From Verrucomicrobiota bacterium (GTDB taxonomy: Bacteria; Verrucomicrobiota; Verrucomicrobiia; Limisphaerales; UBA9464): a DNA stretch of 39,851 nucleotides. Below, in pieces: positions 27,137 through 36,612 of this stretch. The stretch covers positions 1 through 39,851 of the forward strand of contig CANHYD010000001.1 of NCBI GenBank assembly GCA_947464705.1, given 5' to 3'. Numbering within the stretch: the stretch's first letter is position 1; every line of letters begins with the position of its first letter. The translations under genes were made by a program, and so were the position numbers. The notes beneath the pieces are model-generated. The model did not search any database, was not told where the DNA came from, and saw only the letters and a list, made by a program, of their open reading frames with translations.

Positions 27137-28054
27137 ATGATCAGGTCCCTCAATACCGCCAGCCTCGGCATCCGACAATTCCAGGCTTCCTTGGACGTTC
27201 TGGCCAACAACCTCGCCAACCTGAACACGGTTGGCTACAAAGGTAGCCGCGCGGATTTTGTTGAATCGCTGAACTCCGTGCTACGGGCACCCACTCCAGA
27301 CACTGCCACGGCCAGTGGCACCTCGGGTGTGACGGTCGGCAACGGTGTGGCAACGGCGGCCATCCGCTCTAATTTCTCTCAGGGATCCATCAATCAGTCG
27401 GGATTGGCGACCGACTTCTCCATCACCGGAAACGGCTACTTCCTGGTCCGGAATTCGACATCCGGTGAGGTCTTCGCAACACGCTCCGGCAACTTCCGCC
27501 TCGACTCAGCGGGTTACCTAGTCACCGACGGTGGCCTGAGAGTTCAGGGTGTGGAAGACACCCAGAAGGATCCCGACAAGATCGGCGACATTCGCTTTGA
27601 CAAGGGGACAGTGCCCTCAACAGCCGCAGCCACGGCCGCCTCGGCTGCCATCACCAACATCAGCGTGGATGGTTCGGGGCGTCTGAACACGTTGCTCGAT
27701 GACGGCACGCAGTATGTGCGGGCCCAAGTGGTGCTGCAGAGTTTCAGCAATGAGCAGGCCTTGGTTCGCGCGGGAAACAATTTGTTCACCAATCTCGGCG
27801 CATCGGGTGCCGCTTCAGCACCTGCCACTGGGGCCTTCACCTCGGCTCCTAATAGTCCAATTTTGAATGGGGCCCGCAAGGCCAACCAAGATGGCATGGG
27901 CCGCATTGAGCAGGGCTCTCTGGAGCTCTCCAACGTGGATGTTTCGCGCGAGTTCTCGAACATGATCACCACCCAACGTGCCTTTCAGGCGAATGCTCGC
28001 ATGGTCACCACCAGCGACTCGATCCTCGAAGAGTTGGTCAACCTGAAGCGCTGA
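27137..28054 (+). CDS. flgE: Flagellar hook protein FlgE (short form, 305 aa)
   Basis: N-terminal LDVLANNLANLNTVGYKGSRADF and C-terminal LELSNVDVSREFSNMITTQRAFQANARMVTTSDSILEELVNL. It lies after flgD. Confidence 0.8.
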   Translation: MIRSLNTASLGIRQFQASLDVLANNLANLNTVGYKGSRADFVESLNSVLRAPTPDTATASGTSGVTVGNGVATAAIRSNFSQGSINQSGLATDFSITGNGYFLVRNSTSGEVFATRSGNFRLDSAGYLVTDGGLRVQGVEDTQKDPDKIGDIRFDKGTVPSTAAATAASAAITNISVDGSGRLNTLLDDGTQYVRAQVVLQSFSNEQALVRAGNNLFTNLGASGAASAPATGAFTSAPNSPILNGARKANQDGMGRIEQGSLELSNVDVSREFSNMITTQRAFQANARMVTTSDSILEELVNLKR

Positions 28055-28073
28055 TCCTCTCACGGAGATCCCC

Positions 28074-28859
28074 ATGTCCGACGCACACGAAAAAGACAAG
28101 AAGCCGGCAGCAGAGGAAACTGCGGGCGCTGCCAAAGCAGCCAAGGGAGGAATGCTCGTCCCGCTGATCGCGGCCGCTCTCATCTCGGTCGGTGGCAGTT
28201 TCGGTGTGGGCTTCTTTCTCAACAAGCAGCTCCTCAGCGGCATCAACAAGGAACTAGCGCTGACTCTTGCGCAAGTGGGAGCCTCCGAAGATCACGGCGA
28301 TGGCCATGGGGCTGCCAAGGATCCCAAGGCGGCTGCCGGAGCTCATGGGGCTGATTCGAGCCACGGCAAATCGTCGAAAGATGACGCTCATTCTGGTGGC
28401 TCCGACCATGGCGCCGCACCCAAGAAAGCCGATGCAGCGGCTGGCCATGACGCTCCAAAAGCCAAAGATGATGGCCACGGGGGTGGTGGTGGGCATGGCG
28501 GCGCTCCTGCCAAGAAAGAGACTCCCGAGGAGATCGCCAAAGCGGCGCAGATCAAGGCCGGCCTTTTCCCTCTGGGTGTCGATCCCATCGTGGCCAACCC
28601 ATCGGGCGATACTCGATTTGTTGTGGTCAAAGTGACGCTCCTCAGCGTCGGACAGGCCGATATCTCTGGCCCCGTGGAGGCCAACATCGATCGTTTGCGA
28701 GATGCGGTTTCGGCTTTCTTGGCGGACCAGCGCATTGATGACATGCAGAAGCGGGGCTTCCGCAGTCAAATGGCTGCCCAGTTAGCATTGGCATTCAATC
28801 GGATCCTGGGTCCCGGGACGGTCAAGGAAATCATCTTCCCTCAGTTCGTCATTCAGTGA
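28074..28859 (+). CDS. fliL: Flagellar basal-body-associated protein FliL with His/Gly/Asp/Lys-rich insert
   Basis: GGAG lies 6 nt upstream of the ATG. A single TM helix is present. The C-terminal FliL domain is FPLGVDPIVANPSGDTRFVVVKVTLL...LRDAVSAFL...IIFPQFVIQ. Confidence 0.75.
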   Translation: MSDAHEKDKKPAAEETAGAAKAAKGGMLVPLIAAALISVGGSFGVGFFLNKQLLSGINKELALTLAQVGASEDHGDGHGAAKDPKAAAGAHGADSSHGKSSKDDAHSGGSDHGAAPKKADAAAGHDAPKAKDDGHGGGGGHGGAPAKKETPEEIAKAAQIKAGLFPLGVDPIVANPSGDTRFVVVKVTLLSVGQADISGPVEANIDRLRDAVSAFLADQRIDDMQKRGFRSQMAAQLALAFNRILGPGTVKEIIFPQFVIQ

Positions 28860-29782
28860 GTGCTCCCGAACCAGCCGCTTCGGCATTGGCTGCCAAGAAG
28901 CCCACCGAGGTGAAGCCCTTCGTGGTGGGACAGGCCAGTTCCCTGTCTGCCCAGGAGTTGAATCGTTTCCGGATCCACAATGAGGGGATCGTGCGCTCCG
29001 TAGGCGCACGCCTGTCGCTGTTTCTGCGCGCCGAGTTCGCCTTCGATCTGGAACACCTCGATGCCATGGAATTGGGACGCTACGCCTCCAAGGCGGAGCC
29101 TATCGGCAACTACCTGCTCTTTCAGGTGGATCGTTTTCCCGGTACCGGAGTGGTCGGTTTTCCCAAGCCCCTGGCATTGGCCATCGGTGACCGGATGCTC
29201 GGAGGCCGTGGGTTTGGTGCGAACCCCGACCGCGAGTTGCGGGAAGTGGAATTGGCTCTTCTGAACCAGGCGGTGTTGCTGGCCCTCAAGGAGTACTTCT
29301 CCAAGTGGAGTGATTCCCAAGACGAGGCCAAAGTCCGCATCGTGGGCAGGGAGACCAACATCAAGCTCCTGGCCGAAGATCATCCCACAGCCATCGTCTA
29401 CATCCTCAAAGTGCAAGCGGTCATCGGAGATTGCTTCGCTACGGTGGATATCATCCTCCCGTTGGAGATGATGGCCCAAAGCATCCAGAGGGCCATGGTG
29501 AGCATGGCAGAAGCGGGTTCGGACGCCGGCGATATACCCAAGGATGCTGTCCTTTGGAATCCCGCCTTCAACGACCTGGCAATGCGCATCTCCGCTCTGT
29601 GGGCCGGTTTGTCCATTACCCCCCGAGAAATCCTTCAGATGCGGGCCGGAGACATGATCCCGCTCGATCCAGCGAAAATCGACGAGGTAGAACTCCGGAT
29701 CGAGGGACTTCCGCGGTTCCGCGGTAAACTCGGCAGTGCCAACCGCAAGGTGGCCATCGAGATCACTGAACGACTCACCTGA
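28856..29782 (+). CDS. fliM: Flagellar motor switch protein FliM
   Basis: GTG start overlaps the fliL stop. VKPFVVGQASSLSAQELNRFRIHNEGIVRSVGARLSLFLR aligns to the E. coli block IRPYDPNTQRRVVRERLQALEIINERFARHFRMGLFNLLR. A C-terminal SpoA-like region is present. Confidence 0.85.
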   Translation: MSAPEPAASALAAKKPTEVKPFVVGQASSLSAQELNRFRIHNEGIVRSVGARLSLFLRAEFAFDLEHLDAMELGRYASKAEPIGNYLLFQVDRFPGTGVVGFPKPLALAIGDRMLGGRGFGANPDRELREVELALLNQAVLLALKEYFSKWSDSQDEAKVRIVGRETNIKLLAEDHPTAIVYILKVQAVIGDCFATVDIILPLEMMAQSIQRAMVSMAEAGSDAGDIPKDAVLWNPAFNDLAMRISALWAGLSITPREILQMRAGDMIPLDPAKIDEVELRIEGLPRFRGKLGSANRKVAIEITERLT

Positions 29783-29790
29783 CTACAACC

Positions 29791-30069
29791 ATGCCCAACG
29801 ACAGCAGCGACAACCCGTCCATCGAGTTCCTCCTCGACGTCCCCATTCAGTTGAACGCGGAACTGGGCTCGTGCGAGATGACCTGCCGCGAGTTGCTCAA
29901 ACTCGACATCGGGTCCGTGGTCCAGTTGGACAAACCGGCACACGCCTCAGTGGATCTTTTTGTGAACACGAAGTTGGTCGCTCGCGGCGAGGTCGTCGTG
30001 GCCGAAGGGAACTTCGGCATCAAGATTAAGGAAGTCGTTTCCCGCCCGGGTTCCCTGCCCAAGGCATGA
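29791..30069 (+). CDS. fliN: Flagellar motor switch protein FliN
   Basis: SpoA domain: LLDVPIQLNAELGSCEMTCRELLKLDIGSVVQLDKPAHASVDLFVNTKLVARGEVVVAEGNFGIKIKEVV. Confidence 0.9.
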   Translation: MPNDSSDNPSIEFLLDVPIQLNAELGSCEMTCRELLKLDIGSVVQLDKPAHASVDLFVNTKLVARGEVVVAEGNFGIKIKEVVSRPGSLPKA

Positions 30070-30467
30070 CCAACCTGACCCCAGCACTGCCTGCTGCCGC
30101 CGCCAGTTCGTCGATGCTGGCGGACTGGACCCGGATGTTGGGGACGCTCTGCCTGCTGCTAGCCACTGTCTGGGTGGGCCTCCTCTGGCTGAAGGGGCGC
30201 AACTGGTTTCGATCGGCGTTGGATCGCCGTATCCGCCTCCGAGTCGAGGAGAGCCGCGGACTCGGAAACCGATCCTTCCTGCATCTGGTTTCCTGCGGCA
30301 GTCAGCAGTTCTTGGTTTCTTCATCTCCTGCCGGGGTTTCGATGATCGCTGAACTGATGCCTGAGGAATCCCATTCATCAGGAACGCCCCCGGAACCGAC
30401 TGATTTTTCACAGCGTCTGAAGGAGGCTCTTCCCAAAGTTCCCGCCGGCAGGCCCGTTGCACCATGA
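30066..30467 (+). CDS. fliO: Flagellar biosynthesis protein FliO-like
   Basis: ATGA overlap with fliN. A single TM helix (LGTLCLLLATVWVGLLWL) is followed by LRVEESRGLGNRSFLHLVSCGSQQFLVSSSPAGVSMIAEL. It lies before fliP. Confidence 0.55.
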   Translation: MTNLTPALPAAAASSSMLADWTRMLGTLCLLLATVWVGLLWLKGRNWFRSALDRRIRLRVEESRGLGNRSFLHLVSCGSQQFLVSSSPAGVSMIAELMPEESHSSGTPPEPTDFSQRLKEALPKVPAGRPVAP

Positions 30468-31306
30468 ACTCCGCGGCCCCTCTCGTTGGATTCCTGCGTT
30501 CGACGCCGAAGCTCCGCTGGAGTGTGATCGTGTCCGGATTTCGATGGGCTTTCCCCATCTGGATGTTGGTTTTAGGCACCCTTCACCTCCAGGCACAAGG
30601 CGACTCATCGGTCGTCACCAATGCCGCCTCCGCGGTACCCACCGGAGTTACCTTCAGCATCAACGGACTTCCGAAGCCACAAGATGTGGATGTTACCATC
30701 CAGATCGTTGGCGCACTCACCCTGCTCTCCTTGGCCCCCTCGCTGCTGATCCTGATGACTAGTTTCCCGCGGGTGATCATCGTTTTTTCCTTGGCCAAGA
30801 ATGCCTTGGGAGTGGCCTCGGCTGTTCCGAGCCAGTTGGTGATGGGTTTCTCGCTCATTCTCACCTTCTTCATCATGCGCCCGGTGATCCGGGACATTGA
30901 GACGACCGCACTGGCACCGTACCGCGCGAGTCAGATCACCAGCACCGAGGCACTCGATCGGGCGTCCCTCCGAATCAAGGCCTTCATGCTCCGCCAAACC
31001 CGGACTGATCAAGTGGAGTTCTTCGCGGGATTGGCTGCTATTCCTCCGACCGAAGCCAAGGACCTGCCGTTGTCGGTGGTGGTTCCAGCCTTCCTCATCA
31101 ATGAATTGCGGACGGCATTCCAGATGGGATTCCTGGTGTTTCTACCCTTTCTGCTCATCGACTACGTGGTGGCAATCATCCTCATGAGTTTGGGGCTCAT
31201 GTTCCTGCCGCCTGCCAACATCTCCATGCCCCTCAAGATCCTTTTGTTCGTCCTCGTGGATGGTTGGGGCCTCATCACCAAATCCTTGGTCAACAGCTTC
31301 CTCTGA
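30464..31306 (+). CDS. fliP: Flagellar export apparatus protein FliP
   Basis: ATGA overlap with fliO. Motifs: LTLLSLAPSLLILMTSFPRVIIVFSLAKNALG, PAFLINELRTAFQMGFLVFLPFLLIDYVVAIILMSLGLMFLPP. Confidence 0.9.
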   Translation: MNSAAPLVGFLRSTPKLRWSVIVSGFRWAFPIWMLVLGTLHLQAQGDSSVVTNAASAVPTGVTFSINGLPKPQDVDVTIQIVGALTLLSLAPSLLILMTSFPRVIIVFSLAKNALGVASAVPSQLVMGFSLILTFFIMRPVIRDIETTALAPYRASQITSTEALDRASLRIKAFMLRQTRTDQVEFFAGLAAIPPTEAKDLPLSVVVPAFLINELRTAFQMGFLVFLPFLLIDYVVAIILMSLGLMFLPPANISMPLKILLFVLVDGWGLITKSLVNSFL

Positions 31307-31337
31307 GCGCTGTCACTCGAATCAAGAAACACATCGC

Positions 31338-31607
31338 ATGACACCGGAACTGGCAGTGGACCTCCTCAAGCAACTGGTCGAGCGGATCTTCGTCGTGGCT
31401 TCCCCCCTGCTCCTGACGGCCATGATCACGGGGCTTATTGTCAGTTTGATCCAGACAGTCACCTCGCTGCAGGAGCAAACCCTGAGTTTCGTGCCCAAGG
31501 CACTCACGGTCCTGGGAGTCTTACTGGTGATCCTGCCGTGGGCCCTCCAGATCGTCATGGACTACACAATCGGCGTCATCGGCCTCATGGGACGCATTAA
31601 CCGTTAA
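31338..31607 (+). CDS. fliQ: Flagellar export apparatus protein FliQ
   Basis: 89 aa. SPLLLTAMITGLIVSLIQTVTSLQEQTLSFVPK is the conserved FliQ core. Confidence 0.9.
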   Translation: MTPELAVDLLKQLVERIFVVASPLLLTAMITGLIVSLIQTVTSLQEQTLSFVPKALTVLGVLLVILPWALQIVMDYTIGVIGLMGRINR

Positions 31608-31615
31608 GACGCCTA

Positions 31616-32398
31616 GTGGACCAATTATGGACAGGTTGGTGGGTGCTGTGGAGAACGGGCGCCTGCTTGTCTGCATCCCCGATCACCTCGGGGCGTGGGA
31701 TTCCAACACGCGTCCGACTGATGGTCACGTTGGCCGTGGTGTGGGCCATGATTCCGGTGGCCCAGCGGCTGCCAGTCCCGTCGATGACCGGCGGATGGCT
31801 TGAGGTCTCACTACTGACAGCCCGGGAAACGCTCATCGGTTTGATCTTGGGATTCAGCTCCCGCTTTGCGGTGTTCTCTGCGCAGGCTGCAGGTCACTTG
31901 ATCTCCAATGAAATGGGCCTCCAAAGCGCCCAGATCTTCTCCCCAGGCTCCGGCGAGCCCTCCAGTGAACCCAGCGTCATGCTCGAATTCCTGGCCCAAT
32001 TGATCATGTTTGGAGGTGGTTTCTACGATCGATGGTTGCTGGCCTTTGCCGAGAGTTACCAGTTGTTGCCGATGGTCTCGACCGGATCGGCGGACGCCTC
32101 GGGACTGCTCAACTGGGTCGGAGGAATGACCGCGGCCACGCTGCTCCTCTCCATCAAGCTGGCGATGCCGGTGATTGCCGGTGGATTCCTTCTCAATGTC
32201 GCCCTGCTGCTTCTGGGGCGAGCTCTTCCCCAGCTGCCTGTTTTCCAAGACAGTTTTCTGTTCCGTGCGGTGATCGGGCTGTTCCTCTTCGGTGCCAGCC
32301 TCCATTTGGCGGCCCTGCACCTGAGCGCGCGCGCCCAACGATTGCCGGGAGACCTGCTCGATGCGGCCGGCTTGTTACGGATGATTCCGGGCAACTGA
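31616..32398 (+). CDS. fliR: Flagellar export apparatus protein FliR
   Basis: GTG start. Multi-TM protein with LTARETLIGLILGFSSRFAVFSAQAAGHLISNEMGL. It lies between fliQ and flhB. Confidence 0.85.
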   Translation: MDQLWTGWWVLWRTGACLSASPITSGRGIPTRVRLMVTLAVVWAMIPVAQRLPVPSMTGGWLEVSLLTARETLIGLILGFSSRFAVFSAQAAGHLISNEMGLQSAQIFSPGSGEPSSEPSVMLEFLAQLIMFGGGFYDRWLLAFAESYQLLPMVSTGSADASGLLNWVGGMTAATLLLSIKLAMPVIAGGFLLNVALLLLGRALPQLPVFQDSFLFRAVIGLFLFGASLHLAALHLSARAQRLPGDLLDAAGLLRMIPGN

Positions 32399-32408
32399 GA
32401 GGCACGCC

Positions 32409-33500
32409 ATGTCTGACGATCCCGAGAGCAAAACAGAGCAGGCGACACCCAAGCGCCTTGAGGAATCCCTGTCCAAAGGCCAGTTCGCCCGAAGCGCCGA
32501 GGTTAACACGATTTTCAGCATTCTAACAACGCTCCTCATCCTGAAATGGATGGGCCCGGATCTTTGGAGCGAACTGTCCTTCCAGTTCCGCGGCCTCTTG
32601 GGAAATATCCGACCGGATCTTCCTTCGGCCGACTCGGTGGTGGCTGGAGCCTATGCCAGCGGACTGAGACTGGCTGGTTTCATCCTACCACCGCTCGGAA
32701 TGGCCATCGTGTCCGGCATCCTTGCGTCGGGGGTTCAGAGCCGATTCCACTTCACTCCGGGCGCCTTGAGCCTCAACTGGGGACGTTTGAATCCCCTCGA
32801 CGGACTTCAGCAGCTCTTCAAGCCCGGTATGCTGGTCCGGACAGGGGTGAAGATGCTCAATCTGGTGGTGATCCTCCTGGTCGCCTGGACTCTCGTGTGG
32901 GACCTGGTCAACCACCCGGTTTTCCTGACCGACGCCAGCCTCGAAGAACTCCTGCGCTTCATGGGCAATGCGGTGGAGAAGCTCCTTGGTCGGTTGCTCT
33001 TCGGATTGGCGCTCATCGTCGGGGCCGATTACGGCTATCAGCTCTGGAAGACCTCCAACGATCTCAAGATGTCGAAGCAGGAGGTCAAGGAGGAGTCGCG
33101 GGCCAGCGAGGGTGATCCAGAGTCTAAGGCCCGCATGAAGAAGGCGCAGCGGAAGATGCGCTCGAGTTGGCGCAAGACGGTTCCAACGGCGGATGTGGTG
33201 GTGACCAACCCCACCCATCTTTCGGTGGCTCTCAAGTTCGATTCCGCCGTGGACAAAGCACCCCGGGTTGTCGCCAAAGGTGAGGGCTTCAACGCCCTTC
33301 GGATCCGGGAGATCGCCCGGGAATTCCAAGTGCCGCTGGTGGAGAACAAGCCGGTTGCCCAGCTGTTGTTCAAGATCTGCGAAGAGGGCGACGCCATCGA
33401 CCCGAGGGTTTACCAGGCAGTCGCCGAGATCTTGGCCTTCGTCTACCGGACCAATCGTTACCGCTACTACCTCGGCAAGAACACACCACCGAATGGCTAA
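32409..33500 (+). CDS. flhB: Flagellar export switch protein FlhB
   Basis: N-terminal KTEQATPKRLEESLSKGQFARS, the autocleavage site VVVTNPTHLSVALKF, and C-terminal ARVVAKGEGFNALRIREIAREFQVPLVENKPVAQ. Confidence 0.9.
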   Translation: MSDDPESKTEQATPKRLEESLSKGQFARSAEVNTIFSILTTLLILKWMGPDLWSELSFQFRGLLGNIRPDLPSADSVVAGAYASGLRLAGFILPPLGMAIVSGILASGVQSRFHFTPGALSLNWGRLNPLDGLQQLFKPGMLVRTGVKMLNLVVILLVAWTLVWDLVNHPVFLTDASLEELLRFMGNAVEKLLGRLLFGLALIVGADYGYQLWKTSNDLKMSKQEVKEESRASEGDPESKARMKKAQRKMRSSWRKTVPTADVVVTNPTHLSVALKFDSAVDKAPRVVAKGEGFNALRIREIAREFQVPLVENKPVAQLLFKICEEGDAIDPRVYQAVAEILAFVYRTNRYRYYLGKNTPPNG

Positions 33501-35574
33501 TCCCCTCTCATCTCCGGGTCTGACGATGCGGATGCCAAAGTCCCAATTGGCGGTCGCGTTCTTCGTCCTAGGCTCGTTGCTGCTGCTGATCCAGCCAATC
33601 CCGTCGTTCCTACTCGACGTCTTCATCGTGGTGAGTCTCGGGAGCGCCGTCCTCACGCTGATGGTGGTGCTCTTCCTCCGCGATCCGGCGGAATTCTCGA
33701 CCTTCCCCACGCTCCTGCTCATCACCACCTTGTTTCGGTTGGGTCTGAACGTGGCTTCGACCCGGTTGATCCTGAGCACTGGGGAGGCGGGCCAGATCAT
33801 CTCCGCCTTCGGTGAACAAGTCGTCGGCGGCAACTACGTCATCGGCGTCATCATCTTCGCGCTGCTGACGGTCATCAATTTCGTGGTCATCACCAAGGGC
33901 GCAGGGCGCATTGCCGAGGTGGCAGCACGTTTCACGCTGGACGCAATGCCTGGCAAGCAGATGGCCATCGACCAGGAACTCAATTCCGGGGCCATTTCGG
34001 AGGTGGTGGCGCGGCAACGCCGTCTGATGCTGCAACGCGAAATCGATTTCTACGGAGCCATGGACGGTTCCTCAAAGTTCGTTCGCGGTGATGCCATCGC
34101 GGCCATCCTCATCGCGGTCATCAATATCGTCGGCGGGTTTCTCATCGGCGTCTTCCAGCGCAACGAGTCCGCCTTGGAGGTGTTGAGTCGGTACACCATC
34201 CTGTCCATCGGTGATGGTCTGGTTTCGCAAGTCCCCTCCTTGATCTTCTCGACCGCGGCGGCATTGCTGGTCACCCGAGCCGCTGCCCGGGATGACCTCG
34301 GAACGGCGCTGGGTCAACAGTTGGTGCTCCAACGCCGGCCCGTTCTACTCACCGCCATCGCGATGGGATTCGTGGCATTGATGCCCGGGTTTCCCACGAT
34401 TCTGCTGCTCTGTGCCTCAGGCCTCCTCTTTGCCTTGTGGCGGACGCTGCCCGAGCGACCGGCCGCCGTCGAGGGGGCAGAGTCCGGAGCCGGTGAAGCG
34501 GCCGCCAAAGACGCCCCCAAACCCGGTCACGAACCCATTCAGCAACTCCTCTCCGTGGATCCGCTGGAGGTTCAATTGGGATTTGGATTGGTGACTTTGG
34601 CCGATGTCAGCAAGGGCGGTGACCTGCTGGAACGAGTAACCGGGGTCCGAAAGAATTTCGCCCAAACCATGGGCTTCGTGGTCCCTTCGGTCCGCCTTTG
34701 GGACAACCTCCAGTTGGACTCGCAGGAGTACCAGATCCTGTTCCGCGGAAACATGGTGGGTCGAGGCACGTTGCGCCCGGGGCGATGGCTCGCGATGAAC
34801 ATCAGCCATAGCGACCAGGTCATTCCGGGTGAGGCCACCACCGAGCCGGTCTTCAACCTGCCGGCCGTCTGGATCGATGAACTCCACCGCAGCAGCGCGG
34901 AGTTGGCCGGATACACGGTGGTGGATTCCACATCAGTGCTGGTCACGCATTTCCAGGAATGCATCCGCCGCCATGCCCACCAATTGCTCAGCCGACAAGA
35001 TGTGGACGGTCTCCTCGATAATCTCAAGAAGACCCAAAGTGCTCTGGTCAACGAGCTGGTGCCGGCGCAACTGAATCTGGGCCAGATCCAGCGCATCCTC
35101 CAAAACCTCCTCATCGAGGGTATTTCAATCCGTAATTTGGTGAGCATCCTGGAGCGGGTGGCAGACAGCGCGGCGATCACCAAGAACATCGATGAATTGT
35201 CCGAACAGGCCCGGCGTTCCATCGGACCGGAGCTGGTCAAGGGCTACCTAGATGACCGGGGCAATCTTGCGGCCATCACGTTGGAGAGTTGGTTGGAAGA
35301 GGAGTTGGCCAAAGGACTCCATCCGGGAATGACCGAAAATACGTTGGCACTGACACCTATGTCAGCCCAGCACCTGAGTTTTCATATCGGTAAGGCGATC
35401 CAGCCGGCAGTGGCTGAGGGACGCATTCCGGTGTTGCTGTGTTCTGGAGTCATCCGCCTCGGACTCCGGAAGTTCTTCGGTCCCACCTATCCCGACCTGC
35501 GCTTTCTGGCCTACGAGGAATTGCCTCCACGACTCCGGGTCAACACCGAGTACTCGATCCCCAGTCTGCCTTGA
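33493..35574 (+). CDS. flhA: Flagellar export gate protein FlhA
   Basis: ATG 33493 overlaps the flhB stop. Motifs: FPTLLLITTLFRLGLNVASTRLIL, GAGRIAEVAARFTLDAMPGKQMAIDQELNSG, FYGAMDGSSKFVRGDAIA. Confidence 0.95.
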   Translation: MANPLSSPGLTMRMPKSQLAVAFFVLGSLLLLIQPIPSFLLDVFIVVSLGSAVLTLMVVLFLRDPAEFSTFPTLLLITTLFRLGLNVASTRLILSTGEAGQIISAFGEQVVGGNYVIGVIIFALLTVINFVVITKGAGRIAEVAARFTLDAMPGKQMAIDQELNSGAISEVVARQRRLMLQREIDFYGAMDGSSKFVRGDAIAAILIAVINIVGGFLIGVFQRNESALEVLSRYTILSIGDGLVSQVPSLIFSTAAALLVTRAAARDDLGTALGQQLVLQRRPVLLTAIAMGFVALMPGFPTILLLCASGLLFALWRTLPERPAAVEGAESGAGEAAAKDAPKPGHEPIQQLLSVDPLEVQLGFGLVTLADVSKGGDLLERVTGVRKNFAQTMGFVVPSVRLWDNLQLDSQEYQILFRGNMVGRGTLRPGRWLAMNISHSDQVIPGEATTEPVFNLPAVWIDELHRSSAELAGYTVVDSTSVLVTHFQECIRRHAHQLLSRQDVDGLLDNLKKTQSALVNELVPAQLNLGQIQRILQNLLIEGISIRNLVSILERVADSAAITKNIDELSEQARRSIGPELVKGYLDDRGNLAAITLESWLEEELAKGLHPGMTENTLALTPMSAQHLSFHIGKAIQPAVAEGRIPVLLCSGVIRLGLRKFFGPTYPDLRFLAYEELPPRLRVNTEYSIPSLP

Positions 35575-35583
35575 TGCATCAGC

Positions 35584-36591
35584 ATGAATCCCCAATTCTC
35601 TGATCGATCCACGATTCCCCAAACGGGCTTGATGCTCTTCAAAGGCCATACGGCTGAAGAAGCGTTGGCCAAGGTGCATCAGAGTCTCGGGTCTTCGGCC
35701 ATTGTGGTGCAACTCAAGCGTGTCCCATCCGCCGGCGTTGGTCGGATCTGGGGAGCTATGGAGATTGAAGCGTGGGCGCAAGCACCGGCACCGCCCGCAC
35801 CGCCCCCGCCCGCACCAGTCTCACCTGTTGCCAAGGTGCGCTCCGCTCCGAAAGAAGCCCGGACTATGGATCTGCTGAGGAGCCTGGGTCTCAATGAGGA
35901 ATCGGTCCGGCGAGTGCACCAGTCCATTCCTGTTTCGAGCGCGCCGTTGACGAACCAGGAAGCCTGTCTCCAGTTGGGAGCGGCCCTGCTCGCTGCGTGG
36001 GACAACGCCACTCGGCGGATTCCGAAGACACCCCGGCGGATAGCTCTGATCGGCGCAGCAGGATCTGGAAAAAGCGTCGCAACGGCCAAGTGGATCACCA
36101 TTGAGTCGCTCCGCCACCAGCAGGAATGCCGGATCTGGTGCCTCGATGGAATCGTCGCCAACTCGGCCGAGTTTTTATCTCAGCACGCCGAACTGTTGGG
36201 GATTCCCGTGGAGACTACCTGGAATCCCGGGTTGCCGCCGTGTGCCCGGGAGTTTCTCGACCTGCCGGGTTGGAACCCCTCCGATCCCGATGTCTCTGAT
36301 CGGATGGCCAATTTGCTCGACCGCTTTGAGCCCGACTGCCTGCTGCTGACCCTCAACGCCGCCTATGAGGCATCCATTCTCCAGAATCAGACGATGCAGT
36401 TCATGCCATTCCGGCCGCATGGGTTGCTCCTGACGCATTTGGACGAGTGTGAGTCACCAGCCAAAGTCTGGGACCTCGTCCTTGCGAGCGGGATAGCTGT
36501 CTTCGGGACGTCGAGCGGTCGCTTTATCCCAGGCGGCTTCGATCGCACGGGTGGGGAGACGTGGATGGAGCGCTTGTTCGAGCAGGTGTGA
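35584..36591 (+). CDS. flhF: Flagellar SRP-type GTPase FlhF
   Basis: N-terminal B-domain-like FKGHTAEEALAKVHQSLGSSAIVV. G1 is IGAAGSGKS, the G3-like motif is LDLPG and the G4-like motif is LLLTHLDE. An alternative start is ATG 35632. Confidence 0.75.
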   Translation: MNPQFSDRSTIPQTGLMLFKGHTAEEALAKVHQSLGSSAIVVQLKRVPSAGVGRIWGAMEIEAWAQAPAPPAPPPPAPVSPVAKVRSAPKEARTMDLLRSLGLNEESVRRVHQSIPVSSAPLTNQEACLQLGAALLAAWDNATRRIPKTPRRIALIGAAGSGKSVATAKWITIESLRHQQECRIWCLDGIVANSAEFLSQHAELLGIPVETTWNPGLPPCAREFLDLPGWNPSDPDVSDRMANLLDRFEPDCLLLTLNAAYEASILQNQTMQFMPFRPHGLLLTHLDECESPAKVWDLVLASGIAVFGTSSGRFIPGGFDRTGGETWMERLFEQV

Positions 36592-36612
36592 ACGGAGGCG
36601 CTTCTGCCATCA

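Noticed and set aside
32685-33833. 382-aa minus-strand ORF
   Set aside because: It is antisense to flhB/flhA, both of which have unmistakable motifs (NPTH, FPTLLLITTLFRL).
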